From Candidatus Moraniibacteriota bacterium (GTDB lineage: Bacteria; Patescibacteriota; Minisyncoccia; Moranbacterales; UBA1568): a stretch of 64,000 nucleotides of DNA. Shown one piece after another: positions 45,108 through 53,312 of this stretch (positions are counted from its first letter, which is position 1; the number at the start of each line of letters is the position of its first letter). The stretch is taken from the NCBI GenBank assembly GCA_049287005.1, contig JBAQEZ010000003.1:465084-529083 (forward strand), read 5' to 3'. Below the pieces are notes generated by a model. The model was not told where the DNA came from. It searched no databases and saw nothing but the letters and a program-made list of their open reading frames with translations. A program made the position numbers and the translations under genes.

Positions 45108-46778
45108 TTGTTTTGTATGTTGACACTCAAAAATATTCGAAAAATTTATGGCACCGTCCGCGTGCTTGAGAAAGTAGCTTTCTCTATCGGCGAGGGTCAG
45201 AAAGTGGCCCTGGTCGGACAAAACGGTGTGGGCAAGTCGACGCTGCTCAAAATCATCGCCGGCATCGAAATGCCTGACAGAGGCGAGGTGAAAAAACCGA
45301 ACCGTGTCTTGATGGGTTATCTGCCGCAGGAAGCGATCGCAGAGTCCTCCGAGACGCTGCTCGGTTATTTGCGCCGCATGGCGGGCCTCGAAGACCTCGA
45401 AAAAGAGATGGGGGCTCTGGAGCCGAGATTGGATGAGCAAGAAGCTTTGGAAAAATACGAAGTCTTGCGAACGGAATATGAACGTTTGGGAGGCTATGAT
45501 TTTACGCGCAAAGCCAAAAGCGTGCTCGAGGGGCTGATGCTCGCCTCTATCCAGTCCGACCGTCTCGTGTTCGAACTTTCCGGTGGAGAGAAACGCAAAG
45601 CGGCGTTGGCCGGAGTATTGCTCCGCGGCGTGGATATGCTCCTTCTTGATGAGCCGACCAATAACCTCGATCTGCCGGCACTGCTGTGGCTGGAGCGGTA
45701 CCTGAATCGTTCGTCCGCGACTTGCATCATCGCTTCTCATGATCGGCGTTTTCTCGACAATGTCGTGAAGAAAGTGATCGAGATTGATTGGTACAAGCGG
45801 GACGCGACAATGTATACCGGAGGCTGGAGCTCCTTTGCGGAAATGAAAGCGCATGCCATCCGCAAGCACAAAGAGCAATACCGCGTGCAGGAAGATGAGC
45901 GACAGCGGCTGATCATTTCCGTCGGGCAGAAAATGGATTGGGTCGAGCGTGTCAAGAATCGCAAGGCACCGGATAAAGACAAGCTCTCAGCGAATTTCAA
46001 GAAAGAACGCGCGACGAGAAAATTTACCGCGTCAGCCAAGGCGTTGGAAGAGCGCCAGAAACGGTTGCATGATGTGGAACGTCCGCTTATCCGTGATCCG
46101 CTCTATATTCCTCTGGCCCCCCAGTCAGGTGACAAGGATAGCAGCATCCATCTGAAGAAAATCTGTTTCGGTTACCCGGGCGGTTTTCAAGGCGGGCCGA
46201 TCGATATGAAAATACCTTTTGGTACCCGTGTGGCTATCCTTGGTAATAATGGCGTGGGGAAATCCACCCTACTCAAAACGATCGAGGGGTCGCTTGCGCC
46301 GCTTGCCGGCAAAAGAGTGTGCGGGAAAAAACTGGTGTTTGGATACCTGATGCAGGAACATGAGAATGTTTCCCGTGCCGCCACTCCGTACGAGCTATTC
46401 AAAAATCGTTTAGGAGTCTTCGATCGCGATATCATCGCGGCGCATCTTTCGCAGTTCCAGTTCGCGCCGGATGTGCTCAATGACAAGATAGCATCACTGA
46501 GCCCCGGGGAGCGCGTGCGTTTGATTTTGGCGCTCCTCTCTGCCCTGGGCGCGAACGTGCTGATCTTGGATGAGCCGACGAATCATCTTGATTTGGAAGC
46601 AATCGAGGCCTTGGAAGAAGCGCTGGATGCCTATAGCGGTACCATTCTTTTGGTCACTCACGATCGTCGTTTCTTGGAACGCATCCGTTTGACACAATGT
46701 TGTGTCCTGGCAGACGGCAAGCTGACGGTTGTCAAAGATTATGATGCGTACGCTGCTACTATCCGCTCTCAGTTTTGA
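45108..46778 (+). CDS. ABC-F family ATPase (second paralogue)
   Basis: Tandem ABC domains: GQNGVGKST / LSGGEKRKAALA / LLLDEPTNNLD and GNNGVGKST / LSPGERVRLILA / LILDEPTNHLD. Confidence 0.85.
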   Translation: MFCMLTLKNIRKIYGTVRVLEKVAFSIGEGQKVALVGQNGVGKSTLLKIIAGIEMPDRGEVKKPNRVLMGYLPQEAIAESSETLLGYLRRMAGLEDLEKEMGALEPRLDEQEALEKYEVLRTEYERLGGYDFTRKAKSVLEGLMLASIQSDRLVFELSGGEKRKAALAGVLLRGVDMLLLDEPTNNLDLPALLWLERYLNRSSATCIIASHDRRFLDNVVKKVIEIDWYKRDATMYTGGWSSFAEMKAHAIRKHKEQYRVQEDERQRLIISVGQKMDWVERVKNRKAPDKDKLSANFKKERATRKFTASAKALEERQKRLHDVERPLIRDPLYIPLAPQSGDKDSSIHLKKICFGYPGGFQGGPIDMKIPFGTRVAILGNNGVGKSTLLKTIEGSLAPLAGKRVCGKKLVFGYLMQEHENVSRAATPYELFKNRLGVFDRDIIAAHLSQFQFAPDVLNDKIASLSPGERVRLILALLSALGANVLILDEPTNHLDLEAIEALEEALDAYSGTILLVTHDRRFLERIRLTQCCVLADGKLTVVKDYDAYAATIRSQF

Positions 46779-46826
46779 AGCAGAAGGCAGGAGGAGAGCG
46801 CGCCTATATTCAAAAAAGGCTTCTGG

Positions 46827-46855
46827 TTGCCTATTCTCTGACTTTCCGATATACT
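46827..46855 (+). promoter_or_regulatory. Candidate sigma70-type promoter for secDF
   Basis: TTGCCT at 46827..46832, a 17-nt spacer, then TATACT at 46850..46855. Confidence 0.45.
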
Positions 46856-46889
46856 TTCACTATCTTTATTCGAAGTTGTTCTACCGGGT

Positions 46890-48617
46890 ATGAATCAAAT
46901 CGCAAAAAGGCGCTTTCGTTTTTCGGGAGTGCTCTTCCTTGGCCTAGTAGTTGGCATTATTTCCTATCCCCAGGCGGTAAAATTTATTCCGCCGCTTTTT
47001 CAGGCTGTCCAAAAACTCAAAGTCAATGAAGGTCTGGATCTTCAAGGTGGTATCGCTTTGGAATACAATGCTGATGTGTCACAGCTTCCCAGCGCCAAAG
47101 TAGGTGAGGCACTCTCTGCGGCGGAAGCCGTGATCGAACGGCGCGTGAATGCGTTCGGTGTCGGCGAACCATTGGTACAATCGTTACAATCAGGGACGGA
47201 GCATCATATTATCGTGGAATTGCCTGGCGTCAAAGACATTGAGCAGGCCAAAAAGATGATCAAGGAAACGCCTTTTCTCGAATTTCGTGAACAGGTCGCG
47301 CCGGACGCGGATATATTCAAACAATTCGATGCTTTGAATAACAGTACGAAAGAAAAGGCACAGACCGTTTTAGTGCGAGCGAAACAGGGTGAGGATTTCA
47401 GCGTTTTAGCCAAAGAATTTTCTCAGGATCCTGGCTCCAAAGATCAGGGTGGCGATTTGGATTTTGTGAAAAAGGGCACCTTCGTACCGGAATTTGATGC
47501 CGTACTCTTTGATCCGAACTTCAAATCAGGCGAGATCTATCCGACCTTGATCGAGAGCCAATTCGGGTGGCACATCATCAAGAAGATAGAAGAGCGAGGT
47601 GAAGGAGACACTCTCGAAGTGCATGCCGCGCACATTCTTTTCAGTAAACGTTCTATCGAGCAGTATCCGGATTTGCAATGGGTGGCGACAGGTCTGTCGG
47701 GAAAAAACCTCAAGAGCGCCTCCGTTGATTATCAGAGTCAAGGCGTCGGATCGCCGCAGGTAGCGCTCCAATTCGATAGCGAAGGGACTCAGCTTTTCGC
47801 GGACATTACCAAACGTAACATTGGGAAGGGATTGGCAATCGTGCTTGATGGTCTTCCGATCACCGATACGAATGGTGACGGAATCATCGATAAATCGGAT
47901 CCGCCGTATGCCCCGACGATTCAGGGAGAGATACCGGGAGGTCAGGCTGTTATTACGGGGAATTATACGATGCAGCAAGCGAATGATTTGGTAAAACGCC
48001 TCAATGAGGGCGCGTTGCCGGTGCCGATTACGCTGGTTGGTCAGCAGAGCGTGGATGCGTCACTGGGACAAAGCGCGTTGGAGCAGAGCCTTTTTGCCGG
48101 ACTGGTGGGCTTGGGTGCGGTCGCTCTTTTCATGATTCTGTACTATCGCTTCCTGGGTCTGATCGCTGTTTTCGCCTTGCTTCTCTACACGGCGATGTTG
48201 CTGGCCATTTTCAAGCTCTCGAACTTTACGCCCTTCGCGATCACAGTGACGCTTTCCGGTATCGCTGGTTTCATCCTGTCCATCGGTATCGCTGTGGATG
48301 CCAACGTGCTGATTTTCGAACGGACGCGTGAAGAGCTATCGTATGGTAAGGGTGTCGTGAAATCCATCAAAGAAGGATTCCGGCGTGCGTGGCCGAGTAT
48401 CCGCGATGGCCATGTATCGACCTTGATTACGACATTCATTCTGATCGCTTCTGGTACCGGATTCGTGAAGGGTTTCGCCATTATTCTCGCTCTGGGTGTT
48501 TTGCTTTCCTTGTTCACGGCTGTCGTGCTCGTCCGAGTGACGATGGATTTCTTGATCGGAGATTGGATGGAACGTCACCCGAAGCTCTTGGTCTCACCCA
48601 AAAAACCTCTTGAATAA
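46890..48617 (+). CDS. secD: Protein translocase subunit SecD with a parvulin-type PPIase domain inserted in the periplasmic P1 region
   Basis: SecD core motifs LGLDLQGG, IVLDG and the C-terminal six-TM bundle are present. Residues about 140-250 read EDFSVLAKEFSQDPGSKDQGGDLDFVKKGTFVPEFDAVLFD...GEIYPTLIESQFGWHIIKK, collinear with PpiC (ADFGKLAKKHS.CPSGK.GGDLG.F..G.MVP.FD.VVF....TQFGYHIIKV). Confidence 0.85.
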   Translation: MNQIAKRRFRFSGVLFLGLVVGIISYPQAVKFIPPLFQAVQKLKVNEGLDLQGGIALEYNADVSQLPSAKVGEALSAAEAVIERRVNAFGVGEPLVQSLQSGTEHHIIVELPGVKDIEQAKKMIKETPFLEFREQVAPDADIFKQFDALNNSTKEKAQTVLVRAKQGEDFSVLAKEFSQDPGSKDQGGDLDFVKKGTFVPEFDAVLFDPNFKSGEIYPTLIESQFGWHIIKKIEERGEGDTLEVHAAHILFSKRSIEQYPDLQWVATGLSGKNLKSASVDYQSQGVGSPQVALQFDSEGTQLFADITKRNIGKGLAIVLDGLPITDTNGDGIIDKSDPPYAPTIQGEIPGGQAVITGNYTMQQANDLVKRLNEGALPVPITLVGQQSVDASLGQSALEQSLFAGLVGLGAVALFMILYYRFLGLIAVFALLLYTAMLLAIFKLSNFTPFAITVTLSGIAGFILSIGIAVDANVLIFERTREELSYGKGVVKSIKEGFRRAWPSIRDGHVSTLITTFILIASGTGFVKGFAIILALGVLLSLFTAVVLVRVTMDFLIGDWMERHPKLLVSPKKPLE

Positions 48618-49524
48618 AAATATGCTCCACATCATCCAAAAAAGAAAATACGCCTATTGGTTTTCCGGGATACTGACGACAGTCAGTCTCATTCTGCTTT
48701 TTACTGTGGGATTGAAATTTGGCATCGATTTCAAAGGGGGGACACGGATGGAAGTGCAATTTTCCCAGGATCCCGTGCCGCAAGTTTCTGAGGTGAAACA
48801 AAGCCTTGCTGATCTGGCGCTGAAAAGTCTGACTATACAGGCGAGTGACAATAGAAGAGTCTTGCTCCGCTATCTGGCCTCTGATGCCGATTCTAATGAC
48901 CAGGTGCTGGCCAAGTTGCAGTCTCTCGATCCGAACATCCTTCAACTCCGGACAGATTTCATCGGCGGTTCAGTGTCGGATCAGATCAAAAAGAGGGCGA
49001 TAGTCGGTATCATCCTTTCTGTGCTCGGTATAGCTGCCTATATCGCCTGGGCTTTCCGAAGAGTGTCCGGCATGGTCGGCTCATGGGAATATGGCATGGG
49101 TGCGGTCATTGCGCTGCTGCATGATATTATCGTCGTGATCGGTGTTTTCGTGATGCTGGGCTGGAGGTATAATACTATCGAGATAGGCATACCGTTCATC
49201 GCCGCTCTCCTGACGATTCTGGGCTACTCCGTGAACGATACCATCGTCGTGTTCGATCGAGTGCGTGAGAATCTCTTGCGAGCCGGGAAAAAAGAAGATT
49301 TCGAGATCATCGTCAACCGCTCGATCAATGAAACGTTGGGCCGCTCGATCAATACGTCGCTTACGGTGATCATTACGCTGTTTGCGATTACCTTTTTCGG
49401 CGGGGAGAGTATCCGCTATTTCGGTTTGGCGCTTTTGATCGGAGTGATTTTCGGTACGTACTCATCCATCTACATCGCGTCCGCTTTGTTGGTTACGCGC
49501 TACAAGATGAAAATGGGAAAATGA
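48610..49524 (+). CDS. secF: Protein translocase subunit SecF
   Basis: 304 aa with six TM helices and the SecF motifs GIDFKGG and VFDRVREN. It overlaps the secD stop by 8 nt. Confidence 0.85.
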   Translation: MNKNMLHIIQKRKYAYWFSGILTTVSLILLFTVGLKFGIDFKGGTRMEVQFSQDPVPQVSEVKQSLADLALKSLTIQASDNRRVLLRYLASDADSNDQVLAKLQSLDPNILQLRTDFIGGSVSDQIKKRAIVGIILSVLGIAAYIAWAFRRVSGMVGSWEYGMGAVIALLHDIIVVIGVFVMLGWRYNTIEIGIPFIAALLTILGYSVNDTIVVFDRVRENLLRAGKKEDFEIIVNRSINETLGRSINTSLTVIITLFAITFFGGESIRYFGLALLIGVIFGTYSSIYIASALLVTRYKMKMGK

Positions 49525-49612
49525 TGCATGATGTGAGCGATGTGCCACTTGCCTACTCTTCCGTCCCTTTCCCTTTTATCAATCATCACTTATTCCTTAT
49601 CACACATAACAT

Positions 49613-49903
49613 ATGAAATGGAATCCATTCAACAAAAAAGAAGCTGGAAGCAAAGAGGTGCTCCCTACCATGCCTGGCATGCCAGCTATGGAAGATCTGA
49701 ATATGTTCCAGCGTTTCGCCATGAAACGTCTGATGAAGATGAATCCGGCCGAACGGGAGAAGATGATGAAGAAAGCCATGACGCCGAAAAATATCGAGAA
49801 GAACAAAGGTGAAATTCTCGCTTCCCTGGAAACCATGCGCAAGTCAGGCCAGATTTCCGATGACCAATACCGCTTGACGAAAGCTAAACTTGGTTTGAAA
49901 TAG
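49613..49903 (+). CDS. Hypothetical small Met/Lys-rich protein
   Basis: 96 aa. PGMPAMEDLNMFQRFAMKRLMKMNPAEREKMMKKAM is highly Met- and Lys-rich, and nothing else is recognisable. Confidence 0.35.
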   Translation: MKWNPFNKKEAGSKEVLPTMPGMPAMEDLNMFQRFAMKRLMKMNPAEREKMMKKAMTPKNIEKNKGEILASLETMRKSGQISDDQYRLTKAKLGLK

Positions 49904-49916
49904 ACAAAATAATTCT

Positions 49917-51107
49917 ATGCCAACGAAAGAACAAAAAATCGAAGAGCTGCTCACGCGCGGCGTGACGGAAGCGATCGACCGGGAACATCTGAAGGCGCGG
50001 CTGCTTTCCGGTGACATCCTGCGCATCAAGCTCGGCATCGATCCGACCAGTCCCCATGTCCATCTCGGGCGATCAGTAGTACTTCTCAAACTTCGTGATT
50101 TTCAGGAACTGGGACACCAGATCGTTTTTATCGTCGGTGATTTTACCGGTGTGATTGGCGATACGTCCGACAAGGAAAGTGAGCGGCCGATGCTGTCCGC
50201 CGAGACCATCGAGGAGAACATGAAAACGTACACACAGCAGATCGGGAAGATCATCGATCTCGAGAAAGCGGAAGTACACTACAATTCCACGTGGCTGGAA
50301 AAATTGAGCTATGAGGAAATCGGCGAACAGGCGAACGCGTTTTCGCTGGCCGAATTCATCGCTCGCGACAATATCAAGAAACGCCTCGATGCTGGCAAGC
50401 GCGTGTCGCTCCGCGAGGTGCTCTATCCCTTGATGCAGGGCTTCGATAGCATCGCCATCAATGCCGACGTGGAGCTCGGCGGCACGGACCAGCGCTTCAA
50501 TCTGCTCGCGGGACGGCGCCTCCAGGAAGCCCATGGCCAGCCGGCCCAGGACATCCTGATGACGGATCTCATTTTGGGCATCGATGGACGCAAGATGAGT
50601 TCGAGCTGGGGGAATACGATCAATCTCTTCGATACGCCGAACGATATGTTCGGCAAAGTGATGCGTATTCCAGATGAGATCATCATGAGCTACTTCGTTC
50701 ATTGCACGCGCGTTCCGATGCAGGAAATCGGAAACATCGCCGAAGAAATCGTGACCGGTGCCAATCCGCGCGATGCCAAGATGCGGCTGGCCAAGGAGAT
50801 CGTGCTGCTCTATCACGGTGCAGCGGAGGCAGCCAAGGCAGAAACCTATTTCGTCGAAACATTTTCCAAGAAACAGATCCCAGAAGACGTCCGCGAAGCG
50901 AAGACCGAAAAGGGAACCAAGCTGACCGAGATGCTGGTGGCAGCCGGGCTGGCAGAAAGCAAATCAGACGCCCGGAGGAAAATCGAGCAGGGCGGAGTGG
51001 CGATCGCCGATGAAAAAATCACGGACGCGAACACGGTCGTGGAGGAACGTTTCCGGAATCAGGTGATGCGGGTGGGCAAAAAGGATTTCGTACGGATGGT
51101 CTTTTAA
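49917..51107 (+). CDS. tyrS: Tyrosine--tRNA ligase
   Basis: Class I motifs PHVHLG (HIGH-like) and KMSSS (KMSKS-like), plus a C-terminal S4-like domain (KSDARRKIEQGGV). Confidence 0.85.
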   Translation: MPTKEQKIEELLTRGVTEAIDREHLKARLLSGDILRIKLGIDPTSPHVHLGRSVVLLKLRDFQELGHQIVFIVGDFTGVIGDTSDKESERPMLSAETIEENMKTYTQQIGKIIDLEKAEVHYNSTWLEKLSYEEIGEQANAFSLAEFIARDNIKKRLDAGKRVSLREVLYPLMQGFDSIAINADVELGGTDQRFNLLAGRRLQEAHGQPAQDILMTDLILGIDGRKMSSSWGNTINLFDTPNDMFGKVMRIPDEIIMSYFVHCTRVPMQEIGNIAEEIVTGANPRDAKMRLAKEIVLLYHGAAEAAKAETYFVETFSKKQIPEDVREAKTEKGTKLTEMLVAAGLAESKSDARRKIEQGGVAIADEKITDANTVVEERFRNQVMRVGKKDFVRMVF

Positions 51108-51120
51108 ATCTGTTCAAAAT

Positions 51121-51684
51121 ATGCTTTTTTCCGATGATGTCATCTCATCTTTGCAGTCAGGCAATCTGGCTGTCATTCCGACGGACACGTTGTACGGCAT
51201 CGTGTGTCAGGCGCGCAGAGCGGAGGCGGTGGAGCGGCTCTATCATGTCCGCGGGCGCGATGAGGGTAAGCCCTGTATTCTGCTTTTGGCGGATATGAGC
51301 GGACTCCAGGAGTTCGGCATCACTTTGTGTGAGGCGGATAAACGAGCGCTGGAGAAAGTCTGGCCGGGGAAAGTGAGCGTGATTTTCGATTGTCCGGAAG
51401 AAAAGTGGGCATACCTGCATCGGGGCACGAAGACGATCGCATTCCGCGTTCCTCTCGATGCCGAGTTGCGCAGTCTGTTACGGAGTACTGGCCCGCTTCT
51501 GGCTCCCAGCGTCAATCTGCAGGGCAAGGCACCGGCCCATATCATCCAAGAAGCAAAAAATTCTTTCGGGGATCGCGTCACCGTGTATGTGGATGGCGGA
51601 TATCGTGGCGGTCTCCCGTCGACCGTGGCGCGTCTGCATGATGGTGTCTGGGAGACGCTCCGAGAAGGCGCGGTGGAGCTTTGA
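51121..51684 (+). CDS. tsaC: L-threonylcarbamoyladenylate synthase (YrdC/Sua5 family)
   Basis: VIPTDTLYGIVC, KGRDEGKP and LAPSVN are the conserved YrdC-fold motifs. Confidence 0.8.
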   Translation: MLFSDDVISSLQSGNLAVIPTDTLYGIVCQARRAEAVERLYHVRGRDEGKPCILLLADMSGLQEFGITLCEADKRALEKVWPGKVSVIFDCPEEKWAYLHRGTKTIAFRVPLDAELRSLLRSTGPLLAPSVNLQGKAPAHIIQEAKNSFGDRVTVYVDGGYRGGLPSTVARLHDGVWETLREGAVEL

Positions 51685-51703
51685 TACACACGGCATGAGA
51701 AAG

Positions 51704-51741
51704 AGGGCTCGTCTTATAGGGCGAGCCCTTGTTGTTTTTTT
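51704..51741 (+). terminator. Rho-independent terminator after tsaC
   Basis: 8-bp stem agggctcg/cgagccct at 51704..51729, followed by TTGTTGTTTTTTT. Confidence 0.55.
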
Positions 51742-51785
51742 CGTAGTATGGTACTTTTCAGGCAGTTTTTTCCAGGAGAGATGTC

Positions 51786-52139
51786 ATGGACTTCGACTTT
51801 GATGTATGGAAGCGGCGGTTTGAAACCGATTCGGAGGAGGCCGAGAACTTCCGCAAAGGAGAAATCGCTGTGGTGATCGCGAGCGCGAATCCGCAGGGTC
51901 AAGAAGTATTGTGGCGCTTGCAGTGGCGTATCGATAGAGAACGTAAACGCCACAAAGCTTCGCCTCTGGGCAGCTACATGGCTTTGAAAGAGATGCTTAT
52001 GGAGAAGCTCTGGGGAGGAGGCGGACTAGCAGAACATCTGCATGCGGCAGTCGGTCTGTCTCCGCAGAGCGTCCACATGCTCGAAGCGTACAGTCATTCT
52101 CCTCGAGACGCTGTGGTCCTCTCTTTTCCGAAGAAGTGA
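51786..52139 (+). CDS. Hypothetical protein
   Basis: 117 aa with an acidic N-terminus. No motif recognised. Confidence 0.4.
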   Translation: MDFDFDVWKRRFETDSEEAENFRKGEIAVVIASANPQGQEVLWRLQWRIDRERKRHKASPLGSYMALKEMLMEKLWGGGGLAEHLHAAVGLSPQSVHMLEAYSHSPRDAVVLSFPKK

Positions 52140-52230
52140 ACGACGCTTGCAGCCCGAAGGCTGGTCGAACCTTGACCAGCCATTTTTTTTTTGACCAAAG
52201 AGGGCATTTTCGGTACAATAGGGATATTCT

Positions 52231-53307
52231 TTGTTAAGAGTTTTTATGCTATCAGAACGCATCACGCAAATCGAAACAGTAGGCACAGCATCGCTCGCAG
52301 CGGTGCGCATCATTGCCGAATTGGAAGCCTGGGAAGTGAAGTATCTCGGCCGCAAGAGCGAGCTGAATGATATTTTGAAGAGCCTGAAAGATCTGACACC
52401 GGAAGAAAAACGGGTCGTCGGTCCGCTCGCCAACGCCGTGAAACAATCCTTATTGCAAGCTTTTGAGAAGACCAAGGAAACGCTTCTGGAAAAGAGTATC
52501 GATTGGGAAGCGGAACGCGTGGATGTGACGGCGCCAGGCAAGTCGTCGCCACGCGGGCACCTTCATCCGATCACCCGCATAGAACACGAGATCGAGGATA
52601 TTTTTTCCGAAATGGGATTTGCTGTAGCGGACGGCCCCGAGGTAGAGACCGAACATTACAATTTCGACGCTCTCAACGTGCCGGCCGATCATCCGGCGCG
52701 CGATATGCAGGATACATTTTGGCTTGCTTCGACTCCGTCTCAGGAAGGCGGGAGCGAGTCATCCGACGTTCGGGAGAAATATCTCCCGCGTACGCAGACT
52801 TCTCCGGTGCAGATGCGTTATATGGAACAGCATACGCCACCGCTCCGTATCGTGGCGCCGGGACGGGTGTTTCGCAATGAAGCGACCGATGCCTCGCACG
52901 AGCATACGTTTCATCAGTTCGAATGTCTGATGGTCGGCGACGATGTGACGGTAGCCAATTTCAACTTCGTGGCAGAAACTTTTTTCAGCCGCTTTTTCGG
53001 TAAGAAAATAGATATCCGGCTGCGGCCGAGCTTTTTCCCGTTTACGGAACCGTCATTTGAATTCGATATTTCCTGCACGCTCTGTGATGGCCAGGGGTGT
53101 CCCGTCTGCAAACAGTCAGGTTGGCTCGAACTGGGCGGTGCTGGGATGGTGAATCAGAAAGTATTTGAAGCGGCCGGCTATCCGCGAGGCAAGTACCAGG
53201 GGTTCGCGTGGGGCTTCGGGACGACGCGACTGGCTATGATGAAGTACAAAATTACCGATATCCGTCTCATCATGAGCGGCGACCTCCGTTTTATACGACA
53301 GTTCTGA
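52231..53307 (+). CDS. pheS: Phenylalanine--tRNA ligase alpha subunit
   Basis: Class II motifs (FRNE, GLGTTRLAM-like GFGTTRLAMM) and the Phe-tRNA synthetase alpha-core layout. Confidence 0.9.
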   Translation: MLRVFMLSERITQIETVGTASLAAVRIIAELEAWEVKYLGRKSELNDILKSLKDLTPEEKRVVGPLANAVKQSLLQAFEKTKETLLEKSIDWEAERVDVTAPGKSSPRGHLHPITRIEHEIEDIFSEMGFAVADGPEVETEHYNFDALNVPADHPARDMQDTFWLASTPSQEGGSESSDVREKYLPRTQTSPVQMRYMEQHTPPLRIVAPGRVFRNEATDASHEHTFHQFECLMVGDDVTVANFNFVAETFFSRFFGKKIDIRLRPSFFPFTEPSFEFDISCTLCDGQGCPVCKQSGWLELGGAGMVNQKVFEAAGYPRGKYQGFAWGFGTTRLAMMKYKITDIRLIMSGDLRFIRQF

Positions 53308-53312
53308 TCCCT

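Noticed and set aside
50073-50816. 247-aa minus-strand ORF
   Set aside because: It is antisense to tyrS.
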